DNA of 64,000 nucleotides, from the NCBI GenBank assembly GCA_036172245.1, contig JAYWIR010000023.1:2108001-2172000 (forward strand), read 5' to 3'. The position numbers and the translations under genes are program-made. Numbering within the stretch: position 1 is the first letter of the stretch; each line of letters starts with the position of its first letter. The DNA comes from Raillietiella orientalis. Its lineage: Eukaryota. Under the pieces are notes generated by a model, which was given only the letters and a program-made list of their open reading frames with translations, ran no database searches and had not been told where the DNA came from. This document shows positions 39,200-51,979 of the stretch, piece after piece.

Positions 39200-41950
39200 A
39201 AATGCCTCATCGTATTTGCTAATGAATTAGAATAACACGCGTACAGATCAGTATTCTTCATCGTTTGAGTTCCTCTTTCATGGCCGAGAACGGAAAGTTT
39301 ATTGAAGAATGAAAAAACCTAGCTAAAGTTCAGAGTTCTGTTGGACCTGACTTATGCAGGTCCAAGAGAACTTGATCGACCCGATCTTGCTGAAAATCAC
39401 AATTGCTTGAACACCAGGTTCGTCTGGACACGGTGTAAAAGCAAACAACGAACTTGATCGACTCGAGTGGAATAGGCTTTACACGTAGGAACCCCTCGCC
39501 GGCACACGTAGTCATGTTTATGCTGTTGTTTTGGTCATCAGTGCTATATAGTTGGCAGCTGACATCGTTGTATCAGAAAATAGGATTGATGTTGAAATAT
39601 TGAGGAATTTGGTGGAGTGAGCATATTACAGAAACTCGACAGGAATCTCCTTTTATCTCCGTGCGTTATCATCGTTCCACCTTCGTCAGCGCTGTTTTGG
39701 TGGCAACAACAGCAATCCATGTAATCTAAAAGTCGATACAAAAGGCAGAAATTTTCAGCTTTCGACAACCAACCATGTCACCAATGCTATTCCCCAGACT
39801 TGCTCTATACTGCTAACAGAGAAGCAGCTATCATTTTTATGTTGCTCGTTTCCCTTAGCCTGATAACAGATACCCCTATTCCGGATGTGTCGTCCTAGCA
39901 TCTGCATGGAATAAATGACCCTATAAACTGAAAACATCGACCGAAATCGAATCCTGCTCTGGAGAGCAGTTCTTGACAGGTGATGCCATTCCGAATTTTT
40001 TGCTTTATGGACTTTGAAAAGGTCCCACGAAAGTTTCAAAAGCGAGGACGGCTCCACAAGATTTCAAGAGTGTTCCAGCTTCATATTTCCTGGTACACAT
40101 TTAGTCCAGTTTCATCAAAAGTGCTGTTCGCTCGTGTGCATCCTTCTGGATTCACGATACACTTATCGTACATCGGCACATCGCCCTTGAGAGCTGCTCT
40201 TTGAAGAGAGCATGAGGAGACTCAGTTATTAAACTATTAGTAAGTGGATATAGTATAGTTTGGTGCAACATTCCTTTTGTTTCCATATGTTTTATCAACT
40301 CTGCTTTATTTTCTTCTGTGTCAGCTGCACCACGGAGAGTGCGTACACAGAGGATGTGATCGGATCACTGTTTTGGGATAGCAGAGCAGTGCTCTCTCCT
40401 CCACTTGATTGCTAGCTCCTTGTAAGCATATCAAAGCTCCTGGAATATATTAACAGCGGGAATAAGACAGTTAATTCTTATCTCAAAAAATCCATTTCAG
40501 CTCTCCCTGAAATCCCATCTTTCATCATCCTCTGTCCGCTTGCATGGAATTCAAGTGTAACACCTCGACTGATAATGCATGTCTAGATTACGGCTTTCTG
40601 TCTAGAAGTGTACAGGGTTCCTCTTTTTCGAGACTTTGGATCGGACATTCAAGTCAGTGCAGCAGTTCAGTAAGAACGCTCACTTATTTTCCAAAGTTTA
40701 AAAGGAAAAATAAAAAAGTGGTAGCAATTCTGAAGCATTTGAAACCATGAACTAAGAGTTTCATATGCGAATAGGTAAAGATTTGCTTTTATAACTCCAA
40801 TTAACTCATCAGCTCTCTATATGGCTTCAGAATGTGTGTCCTTTGCCTCTCGTAAACCTTTATGTGTTTTGTTGTCCCCTTGAGGCTTTTTCCCCTTTGG
40901 ATTTTGGCTCTGCAAACGCATTTCCTACAGTGTCCGTTCAATATGTGCATCAGGGCCACGACTAAAGGACAGTATACTTTGATGGAGTTTAAACTCAGTG
41001 ATGTTCGAACAGTGATGAACATCACAGCTTCATCTGGGAATGATGTTCCTCACACCCTCGCGAGTCACTGAAAATTCGGAGCTGTTAACATTGCTGTTTA
41101 ATATCAGATACCGCATCTGACGCAGATTCCACTGTAATCAGGCGGAACCTCACTATGGTCAGTACTTGAGAGAAAGAGGAAGATTGGAGTATAGGAGGGG
41201 AAGACGAATTAAGGGATCCATAAGGGGAAGAAAGTGGAAGGTCAATGGCTCCAGAGAGCTTGCGTCACGGAGAGAGCATTGGGTCGAAGATGAGTTCACC
41301 TCTTTCGATCCTGAAATCTGCTTGCAGTAGTCCTTAAGCACTCTTCCTTGCTTACTCTTGGAATCTGAGGATGCTTCTTTCAGAGAGATTGTGATCGATA
41401 AGGCGATAATCATCTTCTAGTCTGCTGCCCATCTGTGGCAAAAGTTGGTCCGCAACGAAACACTGTTAGATTAGAAAAGATAATCCCCTCCCCTGATGTT
41501 CTAAGGAGATTATGTTGACATTCCTGGCGTTCCCATTCATAACACGACCTTTCATGTTTCAAAAGTTTGTGGAGGAGGGGTTTCTATGGTGCCACTCTGG
41601 AGGCATTCCTTGAAGTTCTCTTCCCCATCTCCTTTTTCCACGACGGAGATACTTTGAAACCAGAGCGCAGCCAGTGCTATGTCCCTCCATGCTCGTCTTT
41701 GACTCCTTCAAGAATCCTCTTCTAGAAGGTGTCTGGCCTGCTCTTTTCATCCTGGGACTTTTTGTCTCTTGTTCTTCAAAGTGGCTCCTAGGGACGAGGT
41801 CAGACTGACTTCAGGCTGGAGTCGCCTTCTACGAACTAGTCCCAAACATCTAAACAGTGACTAAATAAATGAGGCTAAACGTGACGTCCGAAGCTGCCTA
41901 GTAGACATCAGGCTCTCATCACTCATTCCTGCTATCCACCGGGAATCCGT
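39200..41950 (-). mobile_element. Decayed RLE non-LTR retrotransposon (HERO/R4-like)
   Basis: RFRLI, SRGCEEH (RT motif 2, about 41050), NDSCFSVS..EQVW (CCHC-like), VKPIPLES (terminus-like). Confidence 0.6.
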
Positions 41951-42699
41951 ACTTTCCAGAGTTGTGCAAGGACCCAGTCACCTTGTCTGTTTCTGATTAG
42001 TGGCATCAATCCAGTGACCGTTGTTTCTTCCAGTAGCGGTTCTTTCCATTTCTGTGACTGAATGATGTCTATTTGGGCTGGGAAACATGACTGTGTAGAC
42101 CGAGGTTACTGCATGGCTGAAGAAGGAGGGAGCGGCGCCCAAGGCCAACTCTCGCCTTTCGAGAGCGGAGCTCACGTCTGTCTAATCCTCATGCTAAGGG
42201 TTCGTGCGACCTTGGTTACCAAGGATCCTCAGGCACGCAAAAGGGCTCGAGGAGATAAATGAATAAGTTCCGTAAAATATCCTTTTCCTTATCATCAGAA
42301 ACCAATCTCAAGGTCTGTTCTGCTATTCAAAATCTGCACTTGGAGGGGTGAAGCGAATTAAAATACTACTGGATTCAGCGACCGATAAAAGAACGAGTAG
42401 AACTTTAAAAAAGCAAACAAACGATAAAAGGAACGATGAGTGAAGAACAATTAATTAAAAGCACATGTGTGTTGCTTTTAACGATGGAGGGATGACTGGG
42501 TGCTAATAAGACGACGACTATTGGCTTTTAAATATTCTGTGCTGACAGGAAGCAAGAGGAGGTCACAGAGGAACTGAGGAAGTTGGAAATTTTAGCTCTC
42601 AGTACTTTACACGGCCTCGGCCAGAGCACTGACTGCGTTCTATGCCCTGATGATGCTTCTAGTTTGAAGCACATGTGGTTTTGTACTTTCAGCCGATAT

Positions 42700-45600
42700 A
42701 CTAGAAGATAGAAGATACACTAGAAGATAGCTTCAGCTCACGTCTTCAGCGGAATGCACACAGAAGTGGCTGACAAAGCTACCTCGGCAACCAGTTACCG
42801 GAACTTCTGGGATACCAGGCGAACAAATCCCTCGTCCAGCTCATCCTGCAGACTGTTTGCAGAAAACACCCAGCAGCATTTTGCACCAGCTTGTAAAAGG
42901 AAGCTGCTTAGGAAAGCCGATCTACAGTATTACTGAATTGGGAAAATCCCTACGAAGCAGCATTTTCGATAGATTAGTTTAGCCACATTGGTCTCTAAAG
43001 CATATGTACCCTTCACCTCTCAGCTCTGCAAGATTGTGTTTATCCTCAGAATGCCTTCTCAGAGAAATTTTCTTGCATCGCGTCTTTCTTGCATGGTGGC
43101 CAAATACTGAATACGAAAAGCTAAGATTATGAATTCAATTTACTCAAATTTGAAACATGGCTGCTTCCGTTATGATCACGTAATTCCCATATAGATACAG
43201 ATCCATACACAAGAGTCTAGAGCCGTTTCTTAATAGACCATCCATCCATCCAACAGGGTATAGAACCGCGGGGATGACTTACGAGTGAATCCGTGAATTA
43301 CAAATGAATTGTGAAAGTCGACTTCTCAACTGAAAACGCAAATCCTGCAAAACAGAGGTGATGTCGACACACTTTTAGACGGTGTATTGTTCCTTGTCTA
43401 AAACACTCCCTTTTGCGAACGTTTTCTGAAATCTATCCAAATTTCTTGCTTAGCTAATCACTGAAACAGTATTCTCTTTTATCACGGTGTCTTCTAAATG
43501 CATTCTTTTGCAGACCCGGACCCCTGAAGCTGCCTTTCTGTGGGCAGACCTCCTTCCCATCAAGACTGGTGGTTTGCAGACTCATTTAGCTGTAGCCTCT
43601 AAATCAATTGCGGTTTCTCTGCCTGTGAGGACGTCCTCGCCGGTGGACAGCTATGCTGTTGATTTCTTCGGCTACCTATTTCGGACTGTTTGCTTTGTCC
43701 CTTTGTTCGTATTTTAGTGCTCAGCTTATTTAACCCACTGGTTCTGCAGGAAGAAAACTTAGCGACTTCCCACCAAAAGCGCTTCCTGCAGCGTGTGAAT
43801 CGTGCTGAAACCAAAATTTCCTTCTGAAACTCACCTTCCAAAGTAAAAAGTCCTGTCGAAATGACGGGTTGCATGCAGCTACATCAGTTTCACAGGTTCG
43901 TAGAGAAATTGTATTTACACCATTCCCCCGGAGCTTCTAGCACAACATGATTCGAATTACTAATTAGTCATTCTTATTATTATTTGATCATAAATTATTA
44001 TTATAAATTGTTTCTCAGTTGGAATGAAGAATACGAAACCTTTACAGATCTTGCCTACATGGGGCATCCTTCTATCTACGTGACGTCAGCGTTTGGAAAG
44101 CCTTTGCTATTATTATTACCTTCTATACGAAGGTATAAGTACACGAATGTAGGACATTGATTTTAAGCATGACTTACGCATAGCAATCATTTTACTTAAC
44201 CCATCAACATCTAGCATTAATCTCAATTTCACTCTAGTAAAACAAAACACGAATTACTAGTACTTCTAAATCATTTACGTAAATATTTTTTAGAATTTTT
44301 AAATATCACTATAAAATGAAATTTAGCAATAGTGTCATACCCTTGCCCCAATAAACCCCAAAACCACCTTTCGCTTGAGACTAGTGGCGTTTCACAGTGT
44401 TTGGTTTGGGATTAGAAACTCACAGGGTCCGAGAATAGAACCCATGTGCAGCTGAAAATATAGAACTCCCTGAGGGCATTTTAATGGAAGTTTCCAATAA
44501 GTTGCTGTGATTGCTCTTGCATGAACTGTTCAACGTACAACTTGTTTGTGCATGTATGTGTAATGCACTACATACTTTTTTTCGGACTTACATGGAGATT
44601 CTTTCTGTCAAAGAGCGCCCCTGTGCACTTTTACAGTTCCTGAGGTGTTATTTATTGCAACAGTGTTCCTATCGCTGACGGCGTTTAATCAACAACGATA
44701 AAGATTTTCTCTGCAATTGAAAAAATAACTTATTTTGAATGCTATCATTGTTCCACAGGATCACGAAGTCTAAACACTAAAGGAAATGAAGGCATTACTT
44801 CGTCTCTCTTTAGCGGTGAATCCCGGTTCAACTTTGGGCAGTATGGAACTCAGAAAGGGAAGAATGTTATCACAAATTAGGTTCCGGATTTGAATCGGTA
44901 TTTAGGAAAGTGAACAATTAGCGTCAGGCACAGGAATTTTTTTCTTTTTTTGCATTTTTTTTTTTTTTTTTTTCAGAATGAAATCTAATCAGCATTTAGT
45001 CACAGATTTGCATACAGAATGCACTTTGAATACGAATCTGAAATACGGAAGAGCAGACTCTTACGGGGCACAGGATTTTCTTTCGAGCAATCATACTACA
45101 AAGCAGCGTAATCTGGTGAAAACTGATTTTCTCAAGTTCAAAATGTTCTCTTAAGTGCATGAACATTTAAACAAAAAACGCTTTGATTTCTTCTTCTCAT
45201 CCGAAAGAATAAAGGAAAATGTTTTTCATAAGAATGAATTTTTTGATCAAAGATTCGTCCTAATCTTTTCTCTCAATTAGACAAGAACATGACAGCTTTT
45301 GCCTTTTCTCAAGAACCCCGGACTCTTTGAGCTCCTCTGTTCAAGTTGGTAATGCTGAGCTACTACTTAAAGTTCTAACTCTGAAAGTTCCCATAAAACA
45401 AAGAGCTTCGATCAAGAGTTGCGCTCACTTAGCACGGCCTTTTCAAATGAACATCAATAAAACAGAAGGTAAAACAGAGAAAGAAATTTATTTCTTCGTA
45501 TCTCAAGAGTTAACCATTCCGCGGGGTCCCTTTCTCTGAGTGTCTCAGCACGGAAACTGCATTTGTTTCACACGAAAGCAAGTAAACAGAAAATTCGATG

Positions 45601-45760
45601 GGGCAAGTCCGAGTCTCGAGCTTTCGAGTGGCAGGAAATTCATGATCGTCATTCTCCGATTCAATTGCAAGAAACAATCTGGTCCCCATATTTTGAGATT
45701 CATGCACCGTTTATTCAAAGGTTGCCATGGCGTTTGGCTGATGTGCGCCCTTCCGGCGAC
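42700..45760 (+). mobile_element. Decayed HERO-like RLE non-LTR retrotransposon ending just upstream of 5S
   Basis: LPIKTGGLQ, DSYAVD (YADD-like), LARP, QELTIP (ELTVP), LELSSGR and GCHGVW (GS..IW terminus, about 45720-45740). Confidence 0.55.
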
Positions 45761-45793
45761 CAAGTCGTCCAGAGAGGAGTGGTGTTTCGCGCG

Positions 45794-45842
45794 TCTGCTC
45801 TCGCCTACATGCCTCATATTACTGGGACGAGAAACGTTAAAC
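45794..45842 (+). promoter_or_regulatory. Conserved 5S upstream flank (inverted copy at 47270-47318)
   Basis: 49 nt shared with one mismatch between the two 5S loci; contains AT-rich CATATTA at about -28 to -22. Confidence 0.6.
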
Positions 45843-45961
45843 GTCTACGGCCATACCACGCTGAAAGCACCGCCTCTCGTCCGATCGGCGAAGTTAAGCA
45901 GCGTCGGGCCTGGTTAGTACTTGGATGGGAGACCGCCTGGGAACCCCGGGTGCTGTAGACA
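45843..45961 (+). rRNA. 5S rRNA gene
   Basis: Full-length GTCTACGGCCATACCACG...GTTAAGC...GGTTAGTACTTGGATGGGAGACCGCCTGGGAA...GTGCTGTAGAC. Terminal helix GTCTAC/GTAGAC, followed by a T5 run. Confidence 0.98.
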
Positions 45962-45962
45962 C

Positions 45963-45967
45963 TTTTT
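45963..45967 (+). terminator. Pol III terminator (T-run) of first 5S gene
   Basis: TTTTT directly after the 5S 3' end. Confidence 0.85.
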
Positions 45968-46399
45968 GGTCCTTTGTTTTGCTTCTGTTGCCGAACAGGG
46001 ATGCTCTCGTGAATCATCTTTTTTCAAGGTCAGATGCAGGAAAGGCACTGTTGGAGATGCTCGGAAGATCCCCAAATGAAGTCACGCTTGCGTTCCGGCT
46101 GCCTTTCCAGGAAGGACAAAGACCAACAACGTAACGTGTACATATTTTTTGTATGCTAGCAATCAAGCATTCCATTGGAATGGAAAAAAGAGAATATAGG
46201 GTTACAGATGTTTGAGCTGCTGCATGATAGTACACTCGCAGGATAGTGCTGAGTAGAATTTTCGAGATGGCGAAGTAGAAAAAGTGTAGTGAAGCGGCAG
46301 GTGTTCTTTGAGTCAGGGACTGCCTGCCTCTTGGAAGAAGCTCGAAATCTTCTTACAGAATTCCCCGGAGCAAGCAACTTCATTTTTCCCACAGAAAGT

Positions 46400-47000
46400 T
46401 CCCTCGGGGCAGCATGCAGCTGAGGTTTCATGATCTTTGTATCATACCGCTGACATTTCTCAACAAAAGAAACACTAGAAGTCCATACTGAGAGGCTGGT
46501 AAGAGCAGTGCAACACTGAACACTGGCCTAGGGACTTGCAATCCCTCACACATTCGAAGTGGAAGGCAGCGACCACCATATTCAACCTGTGAGGACTAAG
46601 TTCAACGAACGGAGCTAAACGGAGCATTTCTATAGTTCAAAAGATCTCTTTTACAATTCAAAGAGTAGGGTAGAGGATAAACACGGAAGGAGGAAAAGCA
46701 TGACGCACACCTCACGCCATAGAGTGAGAAAATCTCCAGCACTCTTCAAAGGTAGAGTTTACGATGCATTCACACGTCCAACTCGACTCACCAGCATGGG
46801 AAAGCAAAATCCGCGTCTCCTTAAAAACAGCAGCGTGCCACTCAAGACAAAGTTGCATCACCGGTATCTACCCTGAGATTAAAAAAGTTATTCGGCTGGG
46901 GTCCGAAAATGTAGAGGCGGGACATAGGTTCGGCATCCAGCGATGCTGAAGCTGATCACGGATGAGAGGATCCGACAGGAGCTCAGCCACAATGTCGGAA
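46400..47000 (+). mobile_element. LINE (RTE/L2-like) RT-thumb fragment between the 5S genes
   Basis: SEKISS..RVYDAFTRP....SYSAGVRK...VRHPAML resembles the RTE thumb (IS...K.RIY.A.V.P...I.GV...D.V.N). Confidence 0.35.
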
Positions 47001-47143
47001 GTCATGAAACAAACCGTTGACGACGATGAAAGTGGGGGAAATCAAATTGCTAAAAATGGAGTGAAGCAAGCGAGAGCAAGAAGGAAGGAAGTAAGACTGA
47101 AACTTTTTTCCCTCTTTTTTCCCCCTTTTTTCCCTTTTTTCCC

Positions 47144-47149
47144 AAAAAA
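47144..47149 (-). terminator. Pol III terminator (T-run) of second 5S gene
   Basis: AAAAAA on + (T6 on -) directly after the 5S 3' end. Confidence 0.85.
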
Positions 47150-47150
47150 G

Positions 47151-47269
47151 TGTCTACAGCACCCGGGGTTCCCAGGCGGTCTCCCATCCAAGTACTAACC
47201 AGGCCCGACGCTGCTTAACTTCGCCGATCGGACGAGAGGCGGTGCTTTCAGCGTGGTATGGCCGTAGAC
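47151..47269 (-). rRNA. 5S rRNA gene (identical inverted copy)
   Basis: Reverse complement matches the 45843-45961 copy base for base; followed by T6 on the minus strand. Confidence 0.98.
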
Positions 47270-47399
47270 GTTTAACGTTTCTCGTCCCAGTAATATGAGG
47301 CATCTAGGCGAGAGCAGAAGAGCGAAGCGCACTCTTCGCTCTCGACGCACAGTGTCATCACGGAAACGAAGTCCTGCCGAAAGGTTTGTTTCTGCGAGA

Positions 47400-49200
47400 C
47401 ACACGATGAATTCCAGAGGACAGAAAAGTTTCGTCTTTTTTTAGGCTTCCGGATGGAAGCCTCTTGGCTTGCCATTTTCTTAATTTCTCTCCATTGTTTT
47501 CATTCTTCCGGAGCAACAGGTGGCACTCCACACTTTCATCTTTATCTCCCGTCCTTTCCTCTCCTGAAGAGAGTCAGGCGCTTTCCCTTCTCTCCCACCC
47601 TTCTCTCTACCCGATCCCCTGGACCCCCTCCCTCATTTCTTCTCGCGAACCCGTTTTGGCTGGCGCCGCATAGGCTGGAATTCGCCTCCTGGATCATCCT
47701 CCACCTGCGAGATGACTCCTCCGGATGAAAGAGAGTACGGGTTGATGCTGGAAATGGAAGAGCTCCGGCTCGAGAGGTCGAGAACGCATCTGTCTCTTCC
47801 ATTTTCCCTTCGAAGAAGCACTTGAAGAGGGGAAGAGGGCGGAGAAGAAAGGGAAGACGAGGCGCTCCTCTTTATTCCCTTCGGGCACCTTATGGGGAGG
47901 GTTCGCTGTCGGGGGTGCAGCGGGCGTAGCTGAGGGCAGCGGCCCTGGCCTCTTCATTGCGGTGGACGCGCAGCTCGCACTCCTTGCTCGCGGCCTGATC
48001 AGTGCACCAGAAGTGTGCGCGCATCCGGTGTACGCGCAGAGAGGTCCCTGTCCGGGTGACGTCACTGATGCGGCGCAGCTCACATCCGGCGACCGACGGG
48101 GGCAAGGAGCCTCGCACCTGGTACAGAAGCTCTCGTGCCAGCTCCTGGTCCTGCACTCCAGGAACCTCCGTTGTGGTTTGGTGCTAGAAAGGAGGCGGTT
48201 GAGCGGAGGACACCCGGGAGAAGGAGGGAGTCTGAACGACTCCTGTCTCCGGACTGGAAAGAGGGGAGGGAGGGAGGAAGAATGATTTCACCACCCCAGT
48301 CCTCAGTCCCGGAAGGGAGGGCACACCAGCAGCCTTAGAGTCCCGCCGAAGGAAACCAGAAGTATGACTCTTCTCCGTCTTTGCCTGCCCCTGCACATGA
48401 GCTGGGCAGAGAGGGAGCGCGGGATGGAAGGAGGACTGGCGAGTAGCAGGGCGGCGTGCGAGGCGTCCTTCTGCTTCCCGCGAGATCGGGGAAGGAAGAG
48501 AGGAGGAGAAAGCAGATCCAAGATCCGGAGCTCGTCCATCCCCATTCCATCACCCCTGGCTCCCTACCTCGCCCTCATCTCCGCCTCCTCTCTCGTGCTC
48601 TCCCTGCTCTCATCCACCTCTTGCTCCTCCCACTGCTCCTCGCTGAGGCTACCGGCGTCTCTTCACGTATCCTCTCCCTTGTCCCACCCCCAAGCATTCC
48701 CATCGGCGTCTTCTCCCTGTCTTCCTCCTCCTCCTCTTCCTCCTGGATCTTCCCCTTCGTCCCCGTCCGCATCCCTGTGCCGTCCTCTCCCCCCTTCATC
48801 CCGCACCCTGACTCACCCCACTCTCTCTCCCTCGTCCACACCCTCGCTATGGGGCCTGGAGGGAGGAGAGCGCTCCGAACGAGGGCCGTCGGAGACCTGT
48901 AGGGGCCGCCGACGGTTTCAAGGGAGGAAGGGGTTCCACCGGGGCGGAGGGAAGGGACTCTCTCCATCCTCTCCCGAGGGATCCTCTCTCACCTCAGCTT
49001 CCGCCCGAGCACCAACAGCCAGGACGAAAAGGATTGCGACCGCTTCCGGCCCCATGGCGGCGAGATGATGCGGAAGTTGCCCGTGGAGACAGAGCGGGTG
49101 CACTTCTTATAGTCGATGGTTGGGAGGAGGAGGGGGAGGGGACCGGTGGCGGAAGCTGCAGGTAAGGGAGGCCGTCCTGAGATGAACGCGCGATCAATCA
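47400..49200 (-). mobile_element. 5' (zinc-finger/low-complexity) portion of an RLE element
   Basis: LLYQVRGSLPPSVAGC...SLRVHRMRAH...KEC...ALSYARC resembles a decayed N-terminal zinc-finger region of R2/Utopia proteins; preceded by acidic, Gly-rich sequence. Confidence 0.4.
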
Positions 49201-49229
49201 GAAACGAGAGAGTCTATCAGATGGATCTC

Positions 49230-51650
49230 AGGAGGGAGGCGCACAGGGAGCCGGTGGACCGATCCCTCATGGCAACCGCCGCTGATGGAGAGAGAGAGAT
49301 AGGGCCCGGATGACTCCGCCGCCTGGTGGCACTCGCAACCGGGAAGTCCGTGTCCTAGAGAGGAGCCTTAGGGCTCAAGCAAGATGGTGCACAGAGGTGC
49401 CACAGGTCCCGTTGTCAAGGGGAGAGGGAGCCGGCCTTCTGGGCGATGGCCGGAGTGGCTCCGAAAGCGTTCCTGCTCCTTCCTCCCGTCTTCGGCGCAA
49501 GCGGCGGGAGGAGGAGTCTCTGGAAGAGTAGGCGTCCCTGGAAGCCCGGATAAGTCCCTCCCTCTTCCTTCAGATCGGAGCAAGTCCCTGGTGTTCACCA
49601 GGGAAATCTCGAGTTCTCTTTCGCACCCCAGGGACTTTCCTCACCTCACACTGGTCTCCCCGCAGAGATGGACACACCATTTCTGCGGGGAGTCTGTGAC
49701 ACTGAAAAAAGTCTCCAGGGAGAAGGGGTAGAGTGATCAGGGAAAGAAGCAGAGGGAGAAGGGGTGGTGGGAACGCAGAGAGGAGAGTTGTAACCATGGA
49801 GAAGCAAAGGGGGTGTTGTCATGGGATGAAAATGGGATCGGAAAGAAGAGCGGTGATGTGATAATGGGACGATGGCGAGGAAGAAGGAGGGTCGCCAAAA
49901 TGTCTCTTTGAAAGCAGAAACTGGCTCAAAGCAGCCATGGGAGAAAGGTCTAGAAGTGGGAGGGAGAAGGACATTTCCAGAATGGAGGAGACGTTTTTTG
50001 AGGGGATCTCTCCCTCGTTCTGCGTCACTTCCCAGGTCCTTTGTGGTTGTTTGGTTCCGACTCTGGAGGGAAAACGTGCGAGGAAAACATCTCTAGAAGG
50101 ACTCTCGAGAGAATCCTTCTGGAGATAGAGAAGATCACCCGATTATCCTCGGAAGGGGGTCAGAGGGAAAGAGGAAAAGGAAGGACACACGAGTGGACTG
50201 CAGACTGGAGGCTCAAGGAAGAGGGGTAATAGAGGAAGACAGGTCATCCAAGCTCCTTTGTTCCGCGTATTATTGCTAGTTGAAAACTATCCAGGAATGG
50301 CAGCGCGCCCCTGGATAGGAAAAGGCTTCTCTTCCCTTCTTCCCCAAAGGACCCGCACGAACCATGTAAAGGACGAACCCCCACCCCCTCTTGTCTGGTG
50401 CCATTCATGAAGAGCTGCCCTTCCTTTGGCGGAAGCTGCAGAATAGAGCTTTTCCTTCTCTCCAAAAGCCTCTGGAGAGATTTCTCCGGCGAGACTTTGC
50501 TGGTCTGCACATGGGTGGTCTCCTCCCGGCTCGGCACCATTCGGCGTCACCATGGGTGTTTCTGGAGCAAAGATCTCAAGTCACTTTGTTTGGACAACGC
50601 GCTACCTATCCCTTTAGTCATTCGTGGGCCTATCTGCAAGCTTTTCTTTCACTGCCTGCTGACTGTACTCCCCTTCCAAAGTGGGGTGGCTTCTCGGACG
50701 AGATTCTGGATGTCAGAGTCTCCTGGAAGCTGCTTTTTCCGGAAGCGCACCCCTATGGACGAAAAGGGACTGCTTTCAGCATCCAATAGGCGACCAGCCG
50801 GAAGTGGGCGTCACTTGCTTCCGAATCTCCTTTCCTAGATGGACCCCTCAAGGTCGCCTTTCTTTGTACACCCAGGGACTTCCGGCTCGCCTCCTACAGG
50901 ATTTCCAAGCAGAACGGTCTCCCTGGGGTTCGACCAGTCCCAACATCCGGGCACCTCGGGCTTCCTTGAAACTCACAGCATCCCCCTTGCCTTCACTACC
51001 GTCGTGATCATAGGGAAGCACGAAGCCAGTAAGTGCCCACTCTGAGGAAAATCCTGGCATCCAGAGTTCCTCGCAGGATCCCCCCTTTTCCCTGCATGCT
51101 GCACGGCATCCTCCATCCTTTTCTTCATCTTTCGCAGATGGATGGCAACGTACTACATCTGTGCTTTCCTTTCTTCCGCTTTTTTTTCTTTTTATTCCTC
51201 TCCCTCTCTCAAAGAGACAGTCTCGGGAAGACCAGCGGGAGCAGAAGAGAGTCTGAAAAGAGGACGGTTGCGGAGAATCGCAGATCGGGAGCAGCATTGC
51301 TAGGTCTTCTGCCAGAGCTCACAAAAAAGTTGGAGGTCACTGACCTCCGGAAAGTGCGCCCTCCCTCGCTCGCTGCGATCGTAAAGACTCATCTAGAAGT
51401 CAGTGCATGCAGCCTCTTCCGCTTCCCCGCATGATGGAAGCTCTCAGAAGGCTCCAGGACGCAGCATTCACCCTCCTCTGGAAACGCCACATCCCCTCGA
51501 GGGGATCTAGGAAGAAATGTACGAAGGGAAGGAAATCCGCGAAACCTCAGATATCAGCCTCAGCACCGGGAACCCTCTGACATCCCGTTAGGCAGCATCC
51601 AAATCTTTCTTCTGAAAGAGTGGTGCCACTTTCGTCCTTCCGTTTCTTCA
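49230..51650 (-). mobile_element. Decayed RLE non-LTR retrotransposon
   Basis: MPGF...GFVL, KSSILQLPP..GQLF...EGVG (thumb), NTRDLLRSEG...PLTTGPV (PD..D region and terminus). Confidence 0.55.
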
Positions 51651-51979
51651 GGTACTGTTGCAGACTCTACAGGGGGTCCAGGAAGAACGCGAAGCCACTC
51701 CCTCTCGTGGCTGTCCATCCGTTTACTTTCCATTCATCCTCCCGCTTTGTGCGTGTGCGTCAGCGCCCCGCTCGCGCATGCGTGGTGGAGACAGCTACAG
51801 GTACCTTCTTTCAACTGTTTGCTGCCGTCCGCCTTTCCCAGATGCAGCCTCACCCTGGACCCCTCGGTTCTGATCAACACTTCCTCCACTCATCTGAGCT
51901 GGCAGTTGGCTGAGCAACGGATTCAGAAGACCTTCCTCTTACCCACCCCCTTCTCTTCTCTTTCCCCTTTCCTCTCTCC

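Noticed and set aside
39200..39245. 28S R2-target-like AAATGCCTC...AATTAG
   Set aside because: The match is weak and on the wrong strand relative to the adjacent element.
48364..49068. 234-aa Ser/Pro-rich ORF and other long ORF-track entries (12606-13397, 56932-57591, 60114-60752)
   Set aside because: These are low-complexity, antisense or off-frame reads of decayed retroelements with no independent gene evidence.
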